64,000 nucleotides of DNA from contig CAYUQI010000001.1 of NCBI GenBank assembly GCA_964446935.1, forward strand, positions 4,320 through 68,319, written 5' to 3'. The notes under the pieces were generated by a model. That model saw only the letters and a program-made list of their open reading frames with translations. It ran no database searches and was not told the DNA's origin. The position numbers were made by a program, and so were the translations under genes. This document shows, one piece after another, positions 19,924-28,649 of this stretch (positions are counted from its first letter, which is position 1; each line of letters begins with the position of its first letter). This DNA is from an uncultured Pseudomonadota bacterium. Its GTDB lineage: Bacteria; Babelota; Babeliae; Babelales; RVW-14.

Positions 19924-20000
19924 ACAAGTGTATTTTGATTCTTGTTATGATGTCAAAGATAAAAAGGATGAGAAGTTTGGTTCTCAATGAAAGAAAAAGC

Positions 20001-21515
20001 ATGAAAATAATGATGTTCCTGCGTCGTTTGTTTCTTATGGTGCCGATAGTAGCGATTATCTCATTAAGCTGCTTGGCAACTCCTCTCAACAACGTATTTG
20101 ATACACATCCAATCTACACCGTTTTCGGTGCTGATAAATACTACAAAGAACGTGACAAAGGCGAGATTCGCATTCAGTTATCGCCATTTTACCAACAGAC
20201 ATCAACCTCTCGAGATAAAGATGGAATCAAAGTGGCAAATGGCGATCGCTTAGGGTTGTGGAACATGTTTGGTATTTTTTACGGACGGAATGGATCGCCT
20301 ACTGCTAAATTTTTTGATCCTACTGCCCATGCAGACCGTTATCCGAATTTGAGTGCAGCTCAAACACTTATAGCCACCGATGCTGTTACAGGTACCCCCA
20401 TTAATACAGATCCTGCTAATGAATATCATGCTGATAAAAGCACCACGAGTCGTACTGATTTAACTTTGGAGCAATATTTTAAGCCAGAAAAATACAAGAA
20501 ATTTGCTTATTACTCATCTGTTCAAACAAATTACGAGAAGGTTGGTTTACGAGGGCAACTTAACTTTGATTTTGGTTTTGGGTTAGGGGTATCTGTTAAA
20601 GGGGGTGTTGTTGATATTAAAAATCGACCAACATTTCATTTTAATTCTACTTTTATTGAAGACAGAAATGGAACCGAAAAACCAGAAGCAAAAACAATTT
20701 ACTACACTCTTTATGATGATCCAACGCGTGATGTTGTTCTCAAAGACCTTAATCTTGATCTCTCTCCATTCCGCAAAACAGCTGCTGAAGATATTCATAT
20801 GCAACTGTACTGGCATATCCCTTTTGATCTTGAAGACAAGGCTGGTGATGTAACAGCAATCATTATTCCTTATTTTGCTGTTGGATGCTGGTTTCCTACA
20901 GGGTATGAAACTGATCAAAACAAACCTTTTTCTGTGCCAACGGGTAATGATGGATACTTTGGTATAACTGCTGATTTTTCACTTGGTTTTGATTTCCCAA
21001 TTTTACCCAAAAATGGGCAAACATTGCAGTGGAATCTTGGAGTTGGAATTTTAGCTTTTAATGAACGAGAGTTAAAAGATATACGTGTACCAACCGCTGG
21101 TACACCCGCTACTCAGGGAGGGCTGACTGATTTCAAAACGATCTATCAATGTGGGCTTATTCCCTGGAAAGTTAACATCGATAAACGTCCTGGCTTAGTG
21201 TGGCATTTCAGTACTTCGCTCAAAGCCGAGAATTTTATTGATGGTCTTTCAGCATACATAGACTTCGTTTATTCTCAGCATTTAAAGGACAGTGTGAAGA
21301 TTAAAGAGATGAGTGCAACGCGAAAAACAGCGTTTGAGAACGGTGTTGATACCTACAAGCAATGGTCGAGTTGGAAAAACCAGCAGATTGATTTTGGCCT
21401 TAATTATCAAGTGGCTGAAGTATTGAGTATTGGTGGTGCGGTGCAAGCACACATCAGCGGGGTACGGGTATACCGTGCAACAACGCTATTGGGAAGCGTT
21501 ACCCTTGCCTTCTAA
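20001..21515 (+). CDS. putative outer-membrane beta-barrel protein (lineage-specific)
   Basis: ORF 19935..21515 trimmed to MKIMMFLRRLFLMVPIVAIISLSCLATP (signal-peptide-like). It has alternating hydrophobic/polar stretches, many Gly/aromatic beta-strand ends, and the C-terminus ...LLGSVTLAF ends in Phe as in BAM substrates. I recognised no family. Confidence 0.55.
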   Translation: MKIMMFLRRLFLMVPIVAIISLSCLATPLNNVFDTHPIYTVFGADKYYKERDKGEIRIQLSPFYQQTSTSRDKDGIKVANGDRLGLWNMFGIFYGRNGSPTAKFFDPTAHADRYPNLSAAQTLIATDAVTGTPINTDPANEYHADKSTTSRTDLTLEQYFKPEKYKKFAYYSSVQTNYEKVGLRGQLNFDFGFGLGVSVKGGVVDIKNRPTFHFNSTFIEDRNGTEKPEAKTIYYTLYDDPTRDVVLKDLNLDLSPFRKTAAEDIHMQLYWHIPFDLEDKAGDVTAIIIPYFAVGCWFPTGYETDQNKPFSVPTGNDGYFGITADFSLGFDFPILPKNGQTLQWNLGVGILAFNERELKDIRVPTAGTPATQGGLTDFKTIYQCGLIPWKVNIDKRPGLVWHFSTSLKAENFIDGLSAYIDFVYSQHLKDSVKIKEMSATRKTAFENGVDTYKQWSSWKNQQIDFGLNYQVAEVLSIGGAVQAHISGVRVYRATTLLGSVTLAF

Positions 21516-21532
21516 AAATGCCTGTATTCTCT

Positions 21533-21561
21533 TTGACAAATGCTCAAAAATCACGTAAAAT
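21533..21561 (+). promoter_or_regulatory. Candidate sigma70 promoter of rpsU-rbfA-kdsD
   Basis: TTGACA (21533-21538), a 17-nt spacer, then TAAAAT (21556-21561), about 60 nt upstream of rpsU. Confidence 0.5.
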
Positions 21562-21624
21562 TAGGGTCAGTCGGTAAAGTCCACAAACATTAATTCTAAT
21601 TTTGTAAGGCGGTGTCGAATTCCC

Positions 21625-21834
21625 ATGCCAAAAAAATATAACATTGAGACGCAAGTCACAGGAAATTTGGAAAAAAGCTTAAAACAATTCAAGAAAAAGC
21701 TTGAGCGCGAAGGTGTTTCACGCGATATCAAGCGTCAAGTCTATTTTGAGCCTCCAACACAAAAAAAACGTAAACGTCTCATGAGAGCTGTTAAAAATAA
21801 CATGATCAAGATGTTTGAAAGTATGCTCTCGTAA
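21625..21834 (+). CDS. rpsU: 30S ribosomal protein S21
   Basis: 69 aa, MPKKYNIETQVTGNLEKSLKQFKKKLEREGVSRDIKRQVYFEPPTQKKRKRLMRAVK, the S21 pattern. Confidence 0.9.
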   Translation: MPKKYNIETQVTGNLEKSLKQFKKKLEREGVSRDIKRQVYFEPPTQKKRKRLMRAVKNNMIKMFESMLS

Positions 21835-21848
21835 GGTTGATTCTTTTC

Positions 21849-22232
21849 ATGACCAAATCAAGTGCTTCTGATATTAAAAGGGAACGGAGGAAGTCGTTGT
21901 TTCTCAGGGAGATGACAACGCTTATTCGTGAGCTGGCAGAACGAGAGTCTGTCATTGCCAATATTTATGTTTCACACGTTGAGATTTCACCTAATTCTGG
22001 CGTGTGTTATGTGTATTTTGCCACCTACAAAGAACCTGGCGAAGAAATCTTCAATGACGCCCTTAATACCCTAAAGCTCTATAAGCCATCATTACGCAAG
22101 ACTTTTGCCGGACGTGTTCAAACGCGTTATGCTCCAGAACTTGTTTTTTTGTATGACAAGGCTAAAGAAAAGGAGCGTAGAATTAATGATCTTTTAAACA
22201 AAGTTCAGGATGAATTAAGCGATCACAAATAA
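21849..22232 (+). CDS. rbfA: ribosome-binding factor A
   Basis: ORF (TTG at 21837) trimmed to the ATG at 21849. RRKSLFLREMTTLIRELAERESVIANIYVSHVEISPNSGVCYVYF... resembles RbfA in layout and length. Confidence 0.8.
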   Translation: MTKSSASDIKRERRKSLFLREMTTLIRELAERESVIANIYVSHVEISPNSGVCYVYFATYKEPGEEIFNDALNTLKLYKPSLRKTFAGRVQTRYAPELVFLYDKAKEKERRINDLLNKVQDELSDHK

Positions 22233-22244
22233 CCAAGGCAGGTT

Positions 22245-23258
22245 ATGTTCGAGCAAAAATTTAAACAATCATATGCTCAGAATCTTCCACGACATAGCAT
22301 GGCAATCCAAGAAGCTTTAATGCAGGTGCTGCGTAAAGAGGCTGATGCTATTGTTTCTATTGTTAATCAATTTCCTTCAAATGCGTGGCAGCTTGTTGAA
22401 GCTATTCTTGCAACAACAGGGAAGGTTGTCTTTTCTGGTGTTGGTAAATCGGGCATTGTTGCTCAAAAACTTTCTGCGACAAGTTCAAGTCTAGGGATTC
22501 CTTCTTTTTTCTTACATCCCAACGATGCTTTGCATGGTGATTTAGGTTCAGTGCAAAAGGGTGACATGGTAATTGCTTTGTCCAAAAGTGCTACCGGTGA
22601 CGATTTTGATCATATTTTCCCTCTTTTAAAATCCAGTGGTATTACAACATGTTTAATCTGTTGCAAACAGGGCGTTTTGGCCGAAAAAGCTGACCTAGTT
22701 ATTGCTTTGCCACTTGATCGGGAAGCATGTCCTCTTAACTTAGCACCAACAAGCAGTTCAACGATTATGATGGCATTTGGTGATGCTGTTGCTGTGGTGG
22801 TAAGTAGTCTAAAAGGTTTTAATAAACAGGAATTTGCTCGGTATCATCCCGCAGGAGCTTTAGGCAAGCGCCTTTTGTTGACTGTGCGTTCGCTCATGCA
22901 TGCGGAGTCTACGCTTCCTCTGTTGAGTCCTACTACGTCATTTAAAGATCTTTTGGTTACTATTACCTCAAAAAAATTGGGGTTGGGTATTATCGTTGAT
23001 GAAAAACAGGAGTTAAAAGGAGTAGTGACTGATGGTGACTTACGCCGAGCTTGTGAGTTAGGGCCTGCATTGTTTGGTAAGGTTGCTGCTGATATTGCAA
23101 CACTACGGCCAAAATTTGTGTCGCCAGATACATTGGCTTACGCTGCGCTTGAAATTATGGAAAGTTTTAATATTACATCATTGGTTGTTGTCGAAAACAA
23201 TCGGGTTGTTGGGCTTGTTCACATCCACGATCTGATTAAAGCAGGGATACAGGGGTAG
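22245..23258 (+). CDS. kdsD: arabinose-5-phosphate isomerase (KdsD/KpsF family: SIS + tandem CBS)
   Basis: SIS motif GKVVFSGVGKSGIVAQKLSATSSSLGIPSFFLHPNDALHGDLG, and a C-terminal CBS pair (...GLGIIVDEKQELKGVVTDGDLRR..., ITSLVVVENNRVVGLVHIHDL). Confidence 0.88.
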   Translation: MFEQKFKQSYAQNLPRHSMAIQEALMQVLRKEADAIVSIVNQFPSNAWQLVEAILATTGKVVFSGVGKSGIVAQKLSATSSSLGIPSFFLHPNDALHGDLGSVQKGDMVIALSKSATGDDFDHIFPLLKSSGITTCLICCKQGVLAEKADLVIALPLDREACPLNLAPTSSSTIMMAFGDAVAVVVSSLKGFNKQEFARYHPAGALGKRLLLTVRSLMHAESTLPLLSPTTSFKDLLVTITSKKLGLGIIVDEKQELKGVVTDGDLRRACELGPALFGKVAADIATLRPKFVSPDTLAYAALEIMESFNITSLVVVENNRVVGLVHIHDLIKAGIQG

Positions 23259-24082
23259 TGGTAAATCTAGTACTTATTTTTCTGGTGAGTTTGTGTTGGG
23301 GGTCGTTCCTCAATGTTCTTGCCTGTCGTTTGTTGCATGGGAAAAAATTTTTTACATCACGGTCTCATTGTCCAACATGTGGTACCACCATAGCCTGGTA
23401 CGATAATATTCCCGTTATATCGTGGTTTTGGCTCAGGGGGCGGTGTCGTGCCTGTCAACAACCCATTTCGTTGCTCTATCCTGCAATTGAACTCGTTACA
23501 GCACTAATATTAACTGGACTGTTTTATTGGGTGGTAATGATTCCAATGGATGTTTCATTTTTTGATCACCTTCACGTAACATATGTAGACTCAACAAAAA
23601 TGTTAAAGTATTTCTTGAGCTATTCGTTAATGGTTAGTGCATTGGTCGCAGCAACAAGAACTGATCTTGAATCAATGCTCATCCCTCAATTGTTTACTCT
23701 GTGGTTTGCTCCTGTTGGGGTTGTGTTGTCTTTGATAGGATGGCTGCCATTGTCATGGAGTGAGTCACTGTTGGGAATCGCATTGGGTTATGGCATTTTA
23801 TGGTTGATAGCTTTTGTCTTTAAAGTAATTACCAAAAAAGATGGACTTGGTATTGGGGATATGGAGTTGCTAGCAATGATTGGATCATTTATCGGTCCTG
23901 TGGGAGTGTGGATAACGTTGATGATTGGTTCTTTATCAGGCCTAGCGATTGGTACATTATATCTTGCCATCGGTAGGCATGGTCGCGCAACACGAATTCC
24001 ATTTGGTCCCTTTTTGGCACTCGGTGCTTTAGCGTATTTATTCTTTAAAAATACTATTCTTTCAATTGTTTTTGGATTATAG
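23258..24082 (+). CDS. pilD: prepilin peptidase / N-methyltransferase (A24 family)
   Basis: GTG start overlapping the kdsD stop. Motifs: CPTCGTTIAWYDNIPVISWFWLRGRCRACQQPIS, the Asp motif GIGDMELLAMIG, and multiple TM segments. Confidence 0.9.
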   Translation: MVNLVLIFLVSLCWGSFLNVLACRLLHGKKFFTSRSHCPTCGTTIAWYDNIPVISWFWLRGRCRACQQPISLLYPAIELVTALILTGLFYWVVMIPMDVSFFDHLHVTYVDSTKMLKYFLSYSLMVSALVAATRTDLESMLIPQLFTLWFAPVGVVLSLIGWLPLSWSESLLGIALGYGILWLIAFVFKVITKKDGLGIGDMELLAMIGSFIGPVGVWITLMIGSLSGLAIGTLYLAIGRHGRATRIPFGPFLALGALAYLFFKNTILSIVFGL

Positions 24083-24173
24083 GCTCATAATCTACTGGTG
24101 CAAATAAAATATTGCTGATAGAGGCTCCCTCTGTTATCATCAAAACAACTTTGGTGAATAATCTACTTATCTG

Positions 24174-25901
24174 ATGGAGCGGGAACCCATGCTCAGAAAA
24201 AAAATTGGTGATATTCTTATTGATCTCAACATTATAACCCCTCAGCAGCTTGCCGAAGCGTTACATGAACAAAAGACAACAGGAAAACTTCTTGGCCAAG
24301 TGTTGCTTGAACGTGGTTTTGTTAGCAAAAACGATCTTGCTCGGGCATTGGCTCGTCAGGTTGGTGTTCCATTTGTTGAAAAAATAACCGAACAGATGGT
24401 TGATCCGGCTCTCTTGGGCAAAGTTCCGCTTAAATTTCTTCGTCAGCATACCGTTATTCCCATTATGTATGAAGGCCAAAAAACTATTGTTACTGAAAAT
24501 CCCCGCGATCTTCAGCCTCTGGATGATCTTTCACTTCTGATGACAGGTGAAGTTGTTTATGCGGTTTCAACTGACGATACCATTACCGATGCTATTAACA
24601 AATATTATCCACTTGAGACCAGCAAAGAAATGATGGAGGAGCTGAAGGCTGGAGGGGTTGAAGAGCTTGAGCTTGGTGCTGTGCCACTCGAAGAAAAAGA
24701 CATCATGGAGATGGCAAACGAAGCTCCAATTGTCAAATTGGTTAACCATTTGCTTCTGCAAGCCGTCAAAGAAGGGGCTTCTGATATTCATATTGAACCA
24801 TTTGAACGAGAACTACGGGTTCGTTATCGTATTGATGGTAATATGTATCTACGTGTTACACCTCCCAAACGCTATCAAAGCGCCATTGTTTCGCGTATCA
24901 AAATTATGTCGAACCTCAATATTGCTGAAAAACGTATACCTCAAGATGGTCGCATACAAATTAAAATTGCCGATAAACCAATTGATATTCGTGTCTCCAT
25001 TTTGCCATCAAATTATGGTGAGCGTGTTTCTATGCGTTTGCAAGACAGGTCGATGGGCATTGTTGATTTTGAAAAACTTAATTTAAGTGAACGAGATTAT
25101 AAATTACTTTCTCTGATCATTGCGCGGCCGAATGGCATTATTTTGGTTTCAGGTCCTACCGGTTCTGGTAAAACGATGACGTTGTATTCTATTTTGGCTC
25201 GATTAAATCAATCAGATGTAAATATCATTACCGTTGAAGATCCTGTTGAATATACAATGCATGGGGTTAATCAAGTTCAGGTGAATGAGAAGGCAGGGCT
25301 AACCTTTGCGGCAGCGCTTCGTTCTATTTTACGTCAAGATCCTGATATTGTGCTGATTGGTGAAATTCGTGATGCCGAAACAGCGCAGATTGCGACCCAG
25401 GCGTCGTTAACAGGTCACCTTGTATTGAGTACTATTCACACCAATAGTGCACCAGCAACAATTACTCGTCTGTTGGACATGGGCGTGGAACCATATCTTA
25501 TAGCTTCATCACTTATTTGTGTCATGTCACAGCGACTTGTGCGTAAACTTTGCAATAAATGCAAAGAAAAATACCTTCCAGATCCTGAAATGATTGAGCG
25601 GCTAGGGTTGTCTACACAAGAAGCAGGTAAAATTACTTTCTATCGTGCCAAGGGCTGCGATGAGTGCTTAAATATGGGATATAAAGGTAGACTTGCGGTT
25701 TTTGAATTGATGGAAGTGAGCGACGACATAGCAAAACTGATCGTTCAAAGGGCCGATGCTACCGTCATTAAGCGCAGGGCGCTTGAAGAAGGAATGACCA
25801 CATTGGCATCAGATGGTATCCGACAAATTAAAGCAGGGCTTACCACAATAGAAGAGGTTTTATCAGTTGCATATGCTGACGAACCTCTTGAACTCGAATA
25901 A
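24174..25901 (+). CDS. pilB: type IV pilus assembly / type II secretion ATPase (PilB/GspE family)
   Basis: 575 aa. N-terminal T2SSE_N-like repeats (LGQVLLERGFVSKNDLARALARQ), Walker A GPTGSGKT, Asp/His boxes (ITVEDPVEY, RQDPDIVLIGEIRD, TGHLVLSTIHTN) and the tetracysteine CNKC...CDEC. Confidence 0.92.
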   Translation: MEREPMLRKKIGDILIDLNIITPQQLAEALHEQKTTGKLLGQVLLERGFVSKNDLARALARQVGVPFVEKITEQMVDPALLGKVPLKFLRQHTVIPIMYEGQKTIVTENPRDLQPLDDLSLLMTGEVVYAVSTDDTITDAINKYYPLETSKEMMEELKAGGVEELELGAVPLEEKDIMEMANEAPIVKLVNHLLLQAVKEGASDIHIEPFERELRVRYRIDGNMYLRVTPPKRYQSAIVSRIKIMSNLNIAEKRIPQDGRIQIKIADKPIDIRVSILPSNYGERVSMRLQDRSMGIVDFEKLNLSERDYKLLSLIIARPNGIILVSGPTGSGKTMTLYSILARLNQSDVNIITVEDPVEYTMHGVNQVQVNEKAGLTFAAALRSILRQDPDIVLIGEIRDAETAQIATQASLTGHLVLSTIHTNSAPATITRLLDMGVEPYLIASSLICVMSQRLVRKLCNKCKEKYLPDPEMIERLGLSTQEAGKITFYRAKGCDECLNMGYKGRLAVFELMEVSDDIAKLIVQRADATVIKRRALEEGMTTLASDGIRQIKAGLTTIEEVLSVAYADEPLELE

Positions 25902-26004
25902 ATTAATATTTCTTTTCTCAAAAGTATTTACTTTACTTACTTTCCTTCGGTACCATACAAAAAGTTTGCAATAATACAAAGTTTTCAAGATGGAGTAGGC
26001 AGCA

Positions 26005-26589
26005 ATGCCCTTCTGGGTGCATGAATCTCGAGCAAAATGTATGCTCAAGAGTATGCCGGTGCGAACAAGGGCAATCATCTCTGTAATGCTTGTCGGTGCA
26101 GTTGTTTTGTACGCGTTGTCGGTATATGTCCATCTTCACCAAAAATTAGCCGATCTTCACGAAAATAGTGTTCAAAAACTTCATCAAAAAAATATATTCG
26201 AGCAAACACTCGTTCGTTTTAATGTTGTGACTGAACAACATCAAAGATTAGTTGATGAATATAATACCCTTTGTTTACCACTTGGTTCTTTGCAAGAAAC
26301 GACCAATCTGCTATTGCAGACTCTGGAGGAGCATCATATTTCCTGCCGTGGTATTGAGCAAGTGCGGTCTGTCAAAAAAGATTGTTTCCAAAAACATTAT
26401 GTAAAGATTGAAGGAAAAGGCTCATTCAGAGATTTCATGAATTTCCTTGGTTGTGTTACTTCATTTAAAAATCCAGTTTCATGCACATGGCTTGTTTTGG
26501 ATAAGCGGCGTACGCAGCGACTCATAAAATTCCAAGCCATGATGCGTATTATTTGTTTGTCTAAGGGTCTGATACATGAAACAATGTAA
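26005..26589 (+). CDS. PilO-like pilus alignment protein (start uncertain: 26005, 26041 or 26053)
   Basis: One N-terminal TM (AIISVMLVGAVVLYALSVYV), a coiled-coil-like stretch, then a PilO-type core (HYVKIEGKGSFRDFMNFLGCVTSFKNPVSCTWLVL). Sits between pilB and the pilP/pilQ-like genes. Confidence 0.55.
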   Translation: MPFWVHESRAKCMLKSMPVRTRAIISVMLVGAVVLYALSVYVHLHQKLADLHENSVQKLHQKNIFEQTLVRFNVVTEQHQRLVDEYNTLCLPLGSLQETTNLLLQTLEEHHISCRGIEQVRSVKKDCFQKHYVKIEGKGSFRDFMNFLGCVTSFKNPVSCTWLVLDKRRTQRLIKFQAMMRIICLSKGLIHETM

Positions 26590-26908
26590 CAAATTGTTGG
26601 AGTTGGTTGTTGGGTGCAGTTGTTTTATACAAAGTATCTATCCTACCAGCCCTGACACATCTGCTACCATTCGTGACCCCTTTCAGTATTATTCACAACA
26701 TACATCAACTAAAAACACGGCATCTATAACTCTTGAAGGGGTTGTTTGCGTTGGTAATAAGCGAAGTGCTGCTATTATTGCTCATGGTCAAAAACGAGAA
26801 GTTGTTCAACGTGGTGAGTGCTTTGAAGGATATACGCTTATCGTATTGGAAAAAGATTTTGTTGTTGTGCAACGGGGAAAAATCAAGAAAAAGATTTTTA
26901 TCAAATGA
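26576..26908 (+). CDS. PilP-like lipoprotein
   Basis: 110 aa with a lipobox-like LVVGCSC, the RDPF motif, then the beta-sandwich pattern LEGVVCVGNKRSAAIIAHGQKREVVQRGECFEGYTLIVLEKDFVVV typical of PilP. Immediately upstream of the secretin. Confidence 0.6.
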   Translation: MKQCNKLLELVVGCSCFIQSIYPTSPDTSATIRDPFQYYSQHTSTKNTASITLEGVVCVGNKRSAAIIAHGQKREVVQRGECFEGYTLIVLEKDFVVVQRGKIKKKIFIK

Positions 26909-26929
26909 CTCTTATTGAGGGGGATTTTT

Positions 26930-28648
26930 ATGAAGCATTCTGTAGTGCTACCAGTTTTATTTTCTTTTTGCAGCAATAGTTGGCTTGTAAATGCAGAGTC
27001 TATTCAACGTGATTATGATTTATCAAGTGTTCCTTCTACTGATATTAGTTTGGTTAAGCAAGAACACAAGGTGCATCATGAGCAAACGTTAGAATCATTT
27101 AAAAACGTTGTTCAAGATGTTGTTGCTTCGTCGAATAAAACGAATAAAACAAAGCGAGCTCGTACAGCAAAAACTAATAATAAGCGAGAAAAAAGTCGTA
27201 AAATACAACAAGCGCTGTCATCATTACTTGCTGAACAAAAAGAGGTCTCACAAGGGCTTGTTGATATTATGCAAAAACAGCTTGAGGACTCTGAACTTCA
27301 ACAAAAAAGAGTTTCGTTACACTTAAAGAAAATGCCAGTTAAGGATGCATTGAGTTTGCTGAGCAAAAGCAGTGATGTTCAATTTGTTGTCGATGGTGAT
27401 GTAACTGGAACGGTGCAGGATCTTAAGCTCGACAACATTTCGCTATCTGCTGCATTACATAGTATTTTGAGTAGCAATGACCCTCGGCTTGCTCTCATCA
27501 AAGAATTTGGAGTATGGCGCATTATGAAAATGCAAACGGCTCGTGAGTTGTTTGCTGGGATGGTGTCTCAAGAGCGAGAACGTGATTTTATTTCTGCTGT
27601 TATCCCTATTGCTTATGCCAAATGGAATGATTTGCTTAAACAACGTATTGAAAAATTATGGCAGGGAATAACGCTTACTAGCGGTGATAAACAAAATGGG
27701 TATCTTGTATTTGATGATGTAAATCGCAAGGTTTTTTGTCGATCTCACGCACAAAATGTAAAAGATTTTACCTACTGTTTGCAGGAAATTGATGTCAAAA
27801 TACCCCAAGTTCGGATCGATGCTCGTGTCGTACTTGCCAAAAAGGATTTTGAGGAAGCGTTTGGGTTTCGTTGGGGCGGTGTGTATAATCGGCGCGAGAG
27901 CGTCAAAAGAACAACATTTGTTGGATTAGGTCCGGTAACGGTTACTGATAAGGGCAAGGAAGGTGATCCAGCTAATAAAAATACTCCTTATGAAAATATT
28001 ATGGGGTGGGCACTCAATTTGTTGCCAACCACGGTTAATGCAACCTTGTCAAAGATCCCTTTTGTTTTTGGCAATAACGATATGAATACCAAGCGATTGA
28101 CGTTTGAACTTGATTTGGCTGAAAAACGGAATGAAATTAAGACGATTTTAAAACCGTCGTTACTCGTCTACAATGAAGAAAATGCTGAAATTTTGGTTGG
28201 TGAAGAAATGCCGCAAGAGGTGAGGCTTGATGAAACCGTTGAAAGCAAATTAACTAACATTACAACGGTTAATTACAAGGCTATTGGGATGAAAATTAAA
28301 GTTAAACCGTTTGTTGCCCCTAATCATGAGGCCGTTTTTTTAGATATTTTTGTTGAAAATTCCTATGTAACGCCACCTGACATCCCAGGAATAAAAACCC
28401 TTGGTACCGAACGATCAAGTTTTAATTATACGATTCGTACCTCCCGATCAGTTAATCGGGTGTTACTGAGGAGTGGCCAGACAACGATGATTGGTGGCCT
28501 CATTTCCAATAAAAAGGATTCTGAAAAATATGGGATTCCATTTATCCAGGATATCCCTATCCTTGGTTTGTTGTTTAAGAGCTCTCGCAAACTTTTGACC
28601 GATGAACAACTTATGATTTTTATTACACCAACATTAATTGATATTTAA
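26930..28648 (+). CDS. pilQ: secretin (PilQ/GspD family)
   Basis: ORF (TTG at 26915) trimmed to the ATG at 26930 after a GAGGGGG RBS. Signal peptide; N0/STN-like segment VSLHLKKMPVKDALSLLSKSSDVQFVVDGDVTGTVQDLKLDNISLSAALHSIL; C-terminal secretin core ...MIGGLISNKKDSEKYGIPFIQDIPILGLLFKSSRKLLTDEQLMIFITPTLI. Confidence 0.9.
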   Translation: MKHSVVLPVLFSFCSNSWLVNAESIQRDYDLSSVPSTDISLVKQEHKVHHEQTLESFKNVVQDVVASSNKTNKTKRARTAKTNNKREKSRKIQQALSSLLAEQKEVSQGLVDIMQKQLEDSELQQKRVSLHLKKMPVKDALSLLSKSSDVQFVVDGDVTGTVQDLKLDNISLSAALHSILSSNDPRLALIKEFGVWRIMKMQTARELFAGMVSQERERDFISAVIPIAYAKWNDLLKQRIEKLWQGITLTSGDKQNGYLVFDDVNRKVFCRSHAQNVKDFTYCLQEIDVKIPQVRIDARVVLAKKDFEEAFGFRWGGVYNRRESVKRTTFVGLGPVTVTDKGKEGDPANKNTPYENIMGWALNLLPTTVNATLSKIPFVFGNNDMNTKRLTFELDLAEKRNEIKTILKPSLLVYNEENAEILVGEEMPQEVRLDETVESKLTNITTVNYKAIGMKIKVKPFVAPNHEAVFLDIFVENSYVTPPDIPGIKTLGTERSSFNYTIRTSRSVNRVLLRSGQTTMIGGLISNKKDSEKYGIPFIQDIPILGLLFKSSRKLLTDEQLMIFITPTLIDI

Positions 28649-28649
28649 T

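Noticed and set aside
19935-20000. N-terminal extensions in the ORF track, such as MILVMMSKIKRMRSLVLNERKS for the OMP. Similar extensions affect rpoC, mnmG, phr, gyrB, rpsI, ugd, uxs, grpE and rpsO.
   Set aside because: Internal ATGs preceded by RBS-like purine runs give N-termini that match the conserved starts of the families. The longer forms would overlap upstream genes or promoters.
25863-26142. Two minus-strand ORFs (71 and 69 aa) between pilB and the PilO-like gene
   Set aside because: They overlap each other and the start of the + strand PilO-like ORF. They are Cys/His/Arg-rich off-frame-type sequence with no motifs.
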